From positions 7,130,001 to 7,194,000 of the forward strand of contig NC_081333.1 in the NCBI RefSeq assembly GCF_022539665.2: a stretch of 64,000 bases of DNA. Reading direction: 5' to 3'. Source of the stretch: Daphnia carinata. Its lineage: Eukaryota. A program made the position numbers and the translations under genes. Below are positions 41,006-50,200 of the stretch, in pieces. Position 1 is the first letter of the stretch; each line of letters starts with the position of its first letter. A model generated the notes under the pieces. The model was not told the DNA's origin and did not search any database. It saw nothing but the letters and a program-made list of their open reading frames with translations.

Positions 41006-42454
41006 ATGTCCGCTAAATATGTGACTTGTGTGAGCATAATTTTAGCCATCTCCATGTTGGCAAATAAACTTCAGGGAGCCGCAATTGATTCAAAAGCTTC
41101 TGAGCAACTGTTAAAAGCAACTCCTTTAAACGTTTTATCATTTCTGTCCGAACTTTATTCCATTCAAGCTAAATCCTTGAATGAAACTTTGACAAGCTGT
41201 CCAAGTTTCTGGACTCGAACAGAAAAAGAGTTTAGTGAAAAAGAAGAAACAGGCATTCTAGGTTCAATCACAAAGCTTCAAGAGCTATGCCCAAATAAGG
41301 AAAATTTCACTATAGTTTGTAAAGGTGCTATTTGGATTTCAGATTATGTTTGCACAGCAAGTCAAGATGAAAATTATCAGCTACCAGCTGTCCAAGATCT
41401 GAAAAATCTGACTAGTGTCAATGGTTTGTGCCAAGCACTTGTTGGAAATGTAAATCTTACACAGAAACTATGTAACATAGTAAAAACGAGTGCAAAACCC
41501 AATCAAGCTTTGAAGATATTGAAAGTAAATGAGAAATCTGAAAACATTTGTACCTTGCCTGGTAATGAAACACAAGAACAGTGTATTCAATATTGTGGTG
41601 GAAACAAACAGCCACTATGCAAAATTATTCTACAAAGCTTAAGAACAATTGTTTCTTTGGAAGAAAAGAAAGAACATTTGGCAGATACCAGTACTAATGG
41701 TGATACAGACTTAACAGCAAGCAATGGCAATCTTTCTTCATATCCTTCTTTGACAGACCCACCTACCATCAAGACGACGGTCATTGTTCAACAAAGTCAG
41801 ACTGAACGAAATGTACAAGGGATGACTTCACAGAACAACAAGGAGTCCTTAAATTCTACGACGCAGTCTATCAGCACAGTCACCCCCGTTACGATAAACA
41901 ACGAAACGCCTGCGATGTCTTCTGTGCTGTCTAATAAAACTCATACAAAATCTCCGTCAACAGTGGCAACATATATTGAAACATCTTCGGCAACGGAAGT
42001 GACTGTTACTGACGAAGAATTTGGATTGGACGACTTTTCTGCTGACAAGCCACCGATAAAACCTGCCGATGAAGATCCGCCATTATATGAGGATGGTGAC
42101 GAGGCGCTTAAAGAAGAAAAAGAGTTAAACAAGGAAGAAGAAAGAATTCCTAATGAAACACAAAAGGCTGTTCATAATTATGATTCGTCATCAGATACTG
42201 ATGCTGATCCAGTCAACACGCACTTCCTTTTCTATTTTATTGCCTTCGCCGTGCTGTCTGCAAGTGGCTATCTAGTGTTTATACGCAGGAAATATCTAAT
42301 CGCATTGGTGTTGGAAGGTCGTTCAAATTCAAGTAGAAGACGCAGTAGCTCCTTTCGGGAACGTCCTTCGTCTGGGAGTTATCGCAAGCTGGTTAATAAC
42401 CTTGAAGAAGCCATAACATCAAATTCCGTCAAAAATTCTAATGTAATATATTGA
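41006..42454 (+). CDS. Type I membrane protein, TGN38/TGN46 (TGOLN2)/C5orf15-like, with an intronless CDS
   Basis: 482-aa ORF from ATG 41006. Signal peptide, Cys-rich then Ser/Thr-rich and acidic lumenal region, TM segment HFLFYFIAFAVLSASGYLVFI, and tail RRKYLIALVLEGR...GSYRKL, which resembles the TGN38 family pattern KIIAFVLEGK...DYQRL. AATAAA at about 42496. Confidence 0.8.
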   Translation: MSAKYVTCVSIILAISMLANKLQGAAIDSKASEQLLKATPLNVLSFLSELYSIQAKSLNETLTSCPSFWTRTEKEFSEKEETGILGSITKLQELCPNKENFTIVCKGAIWISDYVCTASQDENYQLPAVQDLKNLTSVNGLCQALVGNVNLTQKLCNIVKTSAKPNQALKILKVNEKSENICTLPGNETQEQCIQYCGGNKQPLCKIILQSLRTIVSLEEKKEHLADTSTNGDTDLTASNGNLSSYPSLTDPPTIKTTVIVQQSQTERNVQGMTSQNNKESLNSTTQSISTVTPVTINNETPAMSSVLSNKTHTKSPSTVATYIETSSATEVTVTDEEFGLDDFSADKPPIKPADEDPPLYEDGDEALKEEKELNKEEERIPNETQKAVHNYDSSSDTDADPVNTHFLFYFIAFAVLSASGYLVFIRRKYLIALVLEGRSNSSRRRSSSFRERPSSGSYRKLVNNLEEAITSNSVKNSNVIY

Positions 42455-42911
42455 ATGCATTTGTTGAATAAGTTCATGTATAAAGTACGTAATCGAATAA
42501 ATTGCTATATAATTCACATTCCTGTTGCATAGAGTAAAGTATAGTGAGGAAAGTTTGTTTACATTTAAATTTTGTTTTAACTATCACTGATTCTGAAGAC
42601 GTTAATAGTGTTACACGAAAGATTGATTTGAAAGGCTATATGTATTTCTCCATTAATCAAGACATAACTGAACAAGTTCTAGAAAATTAACTTTGATTTA
42701 ACAATCCTATGTAATTTCTAGATTAAATAAGTACATTTATTTTATCATGATTGGTATTTAACAACCGAAGGATGCCATGATCATTTCTTCAAAGCACTCA
42801 ATCCGTGTAAGAACCCATAAGAAAGGCCAGCGCTATCTGCAAATACAAAGTACGGATGTTAGATGACTGCACCTTCGCATTCACCACAAAAGTTTATAGT
42901 TCGTAGGCAAC

Positions 42912-42967
42912 TCAGACCCATTTTGACCACATGTAATTTCAGATGACGAAAAAATTCGTTTCCTCAT
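42912..42967 (-). ncRNA. Box C/D snoRNA copy 1 (SNORD56-like, 18S Cm517-equivalent guide)
   Basis: ATGAGGA (variant C box) ... TTTTTCGTCAT-CTGA (D') ... CTGA (D). 10-nt complement to 18S UGACGAAAAA. The D box lies about 75 nt from the 3' splice site. Confidence 0.75.
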
Positions 42968-43125
42968 AGCTCACAATAAAGAATAATACTTGAAAATGCT
43001 TAAGTTAACTGACCTGCGCGACAACTGGTACCAATTTCCTTAAGTCGACCAGAGATCTATATGTACAAACGAGAATTACATCCAATTGGACAAAAAATGC
43101 GATTTCAATCACATTCACTAGAGTT

Positions 43126-43183
43126 TCAGTAAAATTTTGCTCAACAACTTTGTTTTCAGATGACGAAAAATATTTCTCATCAT
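43126..43183 (-). ncRNA. Box C/D snoRNA copy 2 (SNORD56-like)
   Basis: ATGATGA (C), then TATTTTTCGTCAT-CTGA (D'), a TTGAGCA C'-like box and CTGA (D). 12-nt complement to 18S UGACGAAAAAUA. About 69 nt from the 3' splice site. Confidence 0.88.
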
Positions 43184-43432
43184 AATATTATATGATACCA
43201 TAAATCGGTCGTATGTTCATACCCTCCTTGGATGTCCAGCAGTTTATTTTAGTTCCATGGTACGCTTTCATTCTTGTTTCAGGTAGCAAGTCCAAACCTT
43301 CGGTAACAGTAGGTTTCTTCCCGTTTGCTGTTATTTTGGCGTCTATACCTCGTGACGCACATATACATTATGTACTTCTCAGCATGAACCAATATCTGAA
43401 TAACAATGTTCTGTTAATTATTTAAATGTTAA

Positions 43433-43557
43433 TTATGTGGGAAGATATTTGGGCCAACATCTAAAGAAAATGTTTTCAAAAATACTTCTACTTAATATAG
43501 CACTACCGCGAAAGGTGACCATATAATATTGAATTTTAGTCTCCGCTCAGGTACTGC
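43433..43557 (-). ncRNA. Box H/ACA snoRNA (U23/SNORA75-like, 18S Psi93-equivalent guide)
   Basis: Hairpin 1 (GCAGTACC...GGTAGTGC), H box ATATTA at 43498-43493, hairpin 2 (GAAGTATTT...AACATTT/AGATGTT...AAATATCTTC), then ACA plus 3 nt. The 5' pocket TGAGC / TTCGC pairs with 18S GCGAA-UG-GCUCA, 14 nt from the H box. Confidence 0.82.
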
Positions 43558-43769
43558 AAAAACTACTTATGCAAAACTATTTAAACCAACTTACTGTGCA
43601 AGAACATGTTCAGCCATTGTTTTAACAAACAAAATCAGGTTTCAGACAGGTCCATTAGGGATTCCAGTGATGGCCAAAAATGGCATTTTGAACTGTAGAG
43701 AAAACAAGACATCTTAATTAATCACTACACATATTTAACTGAAGACTAGAGTCTAATTTCATTTTTAGC

Positions 43770-43822
43770 TCAGATTAATTGTGTCAACAGTTATTCAGAT
43801 GACGAAAAATTATTCTCATCAT
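43770..43822 (-). ncRNA. Box C/D snoRNA copy 3 (SNORD56-like)
   Basis: ATGATGA (C), then ATTTTTCGTCAT-CTGA (D'), a TTGACA C'-like box and CTGA (D). 11-nt 18S complement. About 77 nt from the 3' splice site. Confidence 0.85.
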
Positions 43823-45398
43823 GATTGTTTTGAAAATATTTCAAAATGTTTAACTTACATAATGGTGATCATGATGCCTGCAGATGGTTTCCAAAGAAAC
43901 ACTGCATCCTTAAATACTGTTGGAAAATCTTGCCAGTGTAAACCTTCAAAAGCAAAAGTATTCATAAATAAAATTCAGCAACGCAAGACATCATTAGCAC
44001 CGTTTCAAAATAAATTACGAGTTGCATTTAATAGTGAAAAAATACTGATAGAGAAAACTAGTGAGATATGGTATAGGGAACACGTGGCCTAGTAGAACAA
44101 CCAACGAGCTTCTTTCAACTTTCTACATTAGTCGATAAATACTTATACAAATTCCTTTAAAACGGTATCAAACAAAATCCAACTTACACCCATTGGGAAA
44201 TTTGAGAAACAATGCAGTGAATCCGCGATAATATATGCTTTAGATGAATGGTAGCAAATTCTCATACGTACATCAGTGGGTAAATCCGGCAAACGAATAC
44301 TACGGAATGTACTCCGTTGGTGTGATCAAGCTTCGTATCGAAGTAATCGAAATACACTGGTGAAGTATCGATCACCAGCTATGGGAAAAAACCAGAAAAC
44401 AATTCGAAAATCGAATAATCTAGCCGTTGTGATTCACTTTTTTATCGGGATCGGCAACCAAAATCTTTTGGGAAATTATTTAGGAGACCACCAATTCATT
44501 GACAAACAAATTATTGAACAAACGCTGCACAATTTTTTTGTAGGCACAGAAACGGCTTCGGGAATTTTTCGCGTCTTCTTTTGTCTTTACTACGGGTCCC
44601 AGCAACAAAGTTAGGTCTTCAAATTTTCAAAATTTTTCTTTACAATTGCAAAATTTCGTCAATACAGTGTCCTCGTGCGAAAACGCTGAGAAACAACTTT
44701 GCGTAAAAGTATTTATAAAAACATGAAGTTCTGTTGCACTTGTTTAAAGCATTATAACTTGCTGGGCGGGGTATATGAAATCGTGAAATAATTTCTTGTA
44801 TTGCAAAATCTCAAACTTATGATAGCAATCAAACGGTAAAATACTACAACGCGCAAATCAACGAGTTTCCAGAAAGGAAAAGAATGCTGACATTAAGTAT
44901 TACCTTGTAAGCCATTGTGTGGTAGTAAAGAGTTGTAAAAATAAATGTTTGAGCATAGAAACTTTGGACTCCTTATTTCACCACAAGGCCTCGAGCTCCC
45001 GACCGAGTTGGTCGTAGAGCCTCATGCCCCGACTCAAGATCCTAGAGCCTCGACTCTACGTAAAGTACTCTACTCTCTAAAGGTCTCACTGTAGCACAAT
45101 ACGTAATGGACAGTATAACGCATGACATAATTACCTTTCACTAGTATCCCTTAAGCCATATTTCCTCGAAATGCCTGGAACGCGTTGCAAAGTTACAAAT
45201 TGTAACTTTCCTTGCAGCCCTAGCAAATACAAGCGATTTTTCAAAACGTAACAGTGCTAGTATACTCAGGGCCAGTGGCATAATTTCTTTTGGTTACACA
45301 AATGCATAATAACAAGACAGAATTTTATTGATGACACAAAAGAAAGTTGTATGATTGATTGAACAACCTGATTAGGTTGAAGAATTTTTTAGACAAAA

Positions 45399-46644
45399 CT
45401 ATGCCATCATGCTAGGTCTAGCTTCAGTAGCTTCGAGTTTGTCGTTAACACTTGCAAAACCAGTCCCGCCCTTTAGAAAAGAAAACAAATAAAATAAAGT
45501 TAAATTAGTGATCCGAATGACTTATGTAAAAGTTCTACGGAAAATTTAATGGATTCGAACAAACAACTATATTTACCCTCTGCAAAGGAATTATGTCCTT
45601 TTCTTTTAATTTTAATCCTGTAAGAGGGTGGACCATGTCCTTTTTGATCAGTTTTTCGAAACATTCTGCGGTAATAACATCACCGCTAAAATAATTTTAA
45701 AAAACGGCGAATAAATTAGGAATTTTTTAAGAAACAAAAAAGGAAATGAGGAATGACTTACGTTGGCTTCAAAATGGTGCAGGGAATCGAATTGCTAAGA
45801 ATATCTGGCATTGGAAAGTTCCCGTGTTATAAATAAAACTGTTCATGCTTAATCTGAAGACGACACTTACCTCTGGTGATAGGGCACATATAGCGGACTT
45901 GGCGACTTATGAGAGCTTTTCCACGTTCGTCGTCATCCTTCGGGGCCAGTGTAAACTTTACATCAATCAGATCCTTGATTTTTAAAATTTTCCCACTGAC
46001 TGGGCAATAAATGTCTGTAGATGGTTTTGGAATTATTATTGGTTTTGCATCAGGAGTCATAGCTGGGACCCAAAAACTTGGCAAATCCTTTGCTTTATTT
46101 CCAGACATGTTTGACAGACTAGCACTGCTAGTAGATGGGTTGCTACCAGGTAAGCTATCACCTTTTTCAGTTGCTATAAATATTAAATAACTTAATTTTG
46201 AGTTGGAATTAGTAACCAATTTTTGCAATCTCACCAATGAATTTCTCTACTTGGCTTCGATGGGCTGCGGCTTTTAGTTCATTTTTCTCATTCTCCTCAC
46301 GCTTGTTTTGTCTTTCATATTCTTTCTGTTGTCTGAGGATTTCTTTTTTTTTGGCAAGATAGTATTCTAGAATGGCTTCTTTGTCAAATAAATATCCATC
46401 AGGACTATAACAAAAAACAAATGGCAATTTTATTAATTATGAAAGTTAACATACAATTTTAGATATACCTCACAACAGGATTTCTACAGGGTTGCAGTGT
46501 TAGTGAACAGCAATCAAATCCTTTGATAGAATCTTTGCTAAATCTTTCTGAAAGAGATCCATATCCAGATGCTTTAGCATCTCTTTTTTTTTCGTGATAG
46601 GTATATACACTTCCTGCCGTGGAATTTCTGGCATGTCGCGTCAT
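45399..46644 (-). CDS. NOSIP: Nitric oxide synthase-interacting protein (RING/U-box-like), 6 exons
   Basis: MTRHARNSTAGSVYTYHEKKRD...FDCCSLTLQPCRNPVV|SPDGYLFDKEAILEY...LPSFWVP...YCPVSGK...RYMCPITRD...CFEKLIKKDMVHPLTG...LQRGGTGFAS...RPSMMA*. Stop at 45401-45399. Short GT-AG introns. Confidence 0.97.
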
Positions 46645-47239
46645 ATTTATAGCCCGTGAAAACCCGAAGGAAATTCAACTTCAAATTAAAAACAAATTAC
46701 CACAACGTGTATAAAACTCGTAAATCCTCGTAATCAATTTTTGTTTTGTTGTTTTGCCAAAATATTCTCCGTCTCGACTTTCATGTTCCTCACATTTGTT
46801 GCTAAACAGCATCCAAGTACTCCATTTTGAACCAGTTCTTTTTTCTCCTCTGCTTCTCTCTGGCTCACTGCATTCGAATAGCTAAAAATATCGAAAACAA
46901 ATAATACATTTAACATCGATCAATGTACAAATTTTAACATATGTATACAAAAATGTTTACTGACGTTTCGTCGTATGGTTAAACTTGAAATTCGGCTAAA
47001 ATCCCCTAAGTAATATATAGTTTTATTGTTAGACGCTAGATGGAAGACAGTCTCCACGTGTGGGACTTTCGACACTGTTTGGAATTTACTAAAAAATTAC
47101 CCCGGTTTTAATCGTTATTTTGGGGGAATGACGTTGGGAGAATTCCTATAAAACCAAAATACTTTTAACTGTTAAATACTGCTGGACAGAAGCTACGTGT
47201 AAATTATCTCCCATTTATTATAAATACCTTCTAAAGAAA

Positions 47240-50200
47240 ATGGGAAAAGGCAAAAATGGATTGCCTGACAGGTTTGTGCATAATCAGATTTATTCAAATG
47301 TTAAAGTAGATCTAAATCATTGTGATAATTTCTGCAGCTTGTATCGAATTGTATTAACTGTTCCATTATGGTTTGTTGCCTTTGCATCTAGATGGTTGGA
47401 CTATATATCCATTGGACAGGAAATACGAGGAGTCCCGATTATTGCCTGCAAAGTTCCTTTGAGAGAGGTATGCCACAGATTCTTTTCTTTTTTCATATAG
47501 CCTACTAGATGGTAAGATAATACTACTAGACTTGATTTGGTGTCATAAGAAATGTCAGCTTCAACAATCCTAGTGTTTGTGTGACGAAAAACTAGTTTCA
47601 GAAAAATCACGGTCTGGTTAGCATCCACTATTTCCTCTTAATCACTGCAACTTTTCAATGTTTAGTCCAATCATGTGAACCACAATAAGTTGTTCTAGTG
47701 TCTATTAGGCTTCTTGAATTATGAAAATATTTAACTTGAATTCAAAGAGGCAAATAGCCTTAAATATTGCTATCAAAGGTTGAAGTAAAACCTGAAAAAG
47801 AAAACCCAAAACAGACGATTATAATACTTGTGCCCACGATTCTTTTGTCGGCCGGGACATGTTAATTGTGGAGCACCACGGGAGATTTTTAACGCCTATT
47901 TCATCAAATTTATTTCTGGACACGATGTCAGATTTTCCTTTAAAGAGTCTTAAGGCTGTTTTCTTTCCCTGTTCGTTTTTGAAGGGCTCATGATTTCATG
48001 TTTTCAAGAGGTCTAAGTCGAATTATTTCCAGCCGAGTTTATCCTTTTACGAAAAGAAAAAAGAAATTTAGACTCCCGATTTCCAGCTGAGATTAGAATC
48101 GTATTTAAGAACGCTACCTAGTGAGAACGGTCCGATATTTAAAAAAGAAAAAAAAAGATGCGCCACCTAACGACGTAGGTCACTTGTGGAATGCCTCGCC
48201 ATGGATGACGAGAAGGGATAGAAAATAACAAAGATGTATGTCTGTTACATTCCACCTTGTCACTGTTAGGAAACAACACGAGCAAAAGATGGGAATCCCG
48301 TACTTCTTTTTTGTCTTCTTCATGTTGTGATTTATGGCTTGGTATGGATGCATGTTTTCGCCTTCGATCCATCGTGCTGGCCCGTTGACCGAATCCCGGT
48401 GGAACACCGCCTTGTTTCTTGGTTCCATCCTTATCCCCCCCCCCCCCCCCCCCCCCCCCTCACTCTCTCCCTTTCTCCGACGAAGACATTGCGGGCCTTC
48501 CCCATGCAACTGTGTTCGTTTTTCAAGCAACTCTGACCAGTGCAGAGTCATACGGGGGTTGTCATGGTTAAAGGACCACTATACGAGGTGACAGGTGAGG
48601 GTAAAGAATTGCGTTGTTTACCCCATTGGGCACCTTCGTCTTCTTCTATTGTGTCGTACGACAGACTGAGGAAGACGAAGAAGGATCACACCAAAGACTT
48701 GTTCCATCGAAGAAAAAAAATAGGGAAGGGGGTTAAAAAGGACGGAAAGGGGATGAAAGGCCATGAGAATGGGATAGATAGAAAAGAATTTGACTTTCAA
48801 TGAGGTCTCCTTGTTGCCTTGATGGGGGGGCCGACACAACCTTACCCAGTTGACCGGTCTCTATGAAATATCCACCACTCGTTTTTTTCTCATCTTGCCC
48901 CTCCGCGATGATTTCTTCTTTCATACTTTGGTTTTTACCTCCTTCACAAATTGAACCATAAAACTTAAAAGTACAAATAAAGCATTTGACCAATTTTGCG
49001 GCGAACTCCGATCATCGATAGGTGGTCGGATAATCTGGGTTCTATAATCCTCTGTTCAACAATTTCACTTGAAGAAAAATATTTTTCCATGTATGCATAT
49101 CGATTGAAAGTATCCGGATATTGGCTCTTTGTGCCCAAAGGAAAGTGAGATCAGGAATGCCATACAAGTTTTTGTAGTGGCCGTTCTTATATGATATTTC
49201 CTGTCTCGGGTCTCCCTTATTTATTTTTTGTCCGTCTGTGTGTCTATGTCTGGTAGAGGGAAAAAGGAGAACTGCATGCAACAATGGGGGGTTAGAAACA
49301 TTTGGACAACTTCCTGGTAAAAAAAAGAAAAGATGTGCTGATTTGAATCGGCCAACAGGGGGGTCATTTCACCTCAGCAGCAGAAGCCATCTGCCTTTCG
49401 ATCAAGTATCTTTTTTCACTTTTCGATATAGAGCATGTATACCATTGCAGCTATTTTTTTTTCTTTATGCTCTTTTTGCCCTGTTGTTTTGTTTAATAAG
49501 GCCCTGTAGCCATCTCGTCGCGTTTTCCTTTCTTTTTCCATCGAAACAATAAGGGAAGAAACCTTTTTTTATTCTTTTTGTCAATGTTTAAACCAGACGC
49601 CTTTGTCTGTTAACTATCAGAGTAGTGGTGAACGATAAATCCTCTGTCTCACGTCAGTCATATTTTTTAAAAAATTGTTTCTCTCTGAAATCCATTGGTC
49701 CAATGAGGACGACAGCCTACAGACTGTGAAACTGTAGACGCTGCGTTGAGCGCGTGTCCTACGTGATATACAATGGCCGTCTCTAATTTGACGTAACTAT
49801 GACGCGAGGCACGAGCTACTTTTATTTTCATGAGAGAGAGGGCGGTTTATTTGATTTTTTTTCGTTTTTGTTTTTTTCCTTCACCGAACGTTCCCCTCAG
49901 TGTCCTGAAATTGGATAGGAGCATATTGTTAAAGAAAAATACGTGTTTCAAATCGAGTAGCGCCAAACAGATTAGATTACCGGATCATAAAGTAAAAGTT
50001 TCATTTCGTTCCTCCCTTTAAAAAGTATCGTTTATTTTTCACTGAAAAAACTAAACAGTTGATCGGATGGAACGTTGATAAAAAAAAAAAAAAAAAAGGT
50101 ACGCACTATGGGTGGTGGTGGATGACAGCTGCGGTTCAGTGGAAAAACGATCTATATTTGTATTATCATCTGCGTGTGTGTGTGTGTGTACAGTGTATAT

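Larger units (their letters stand above)
42720..44300 (-). ncRNA. Putative non-coding snoRNA host gene (SNHG/Uhg-type), about 7 short exons
   Basis: Minus-strand exon chain with canonical splice sites: ?-44188|GTAAGT, 44044-44019, 43916-43859|GTAAGT, 43692-43595|GTAAGT, 43395-43223|GTATGA, 43056-43014|GTCAGT, and a last exon from 42836 with AATAAA at 42741-42736. No long ORF. Four consecutive introns each hold one snoRNA. The 5' end is approximate. Confidence 0.75.

Noticed and set aside
44985..45070. Locally repeated GAGCCTC/CCCGAC words
   Set aside because: Only 2-3 imperfect copies, with no array structure or transposon ends.
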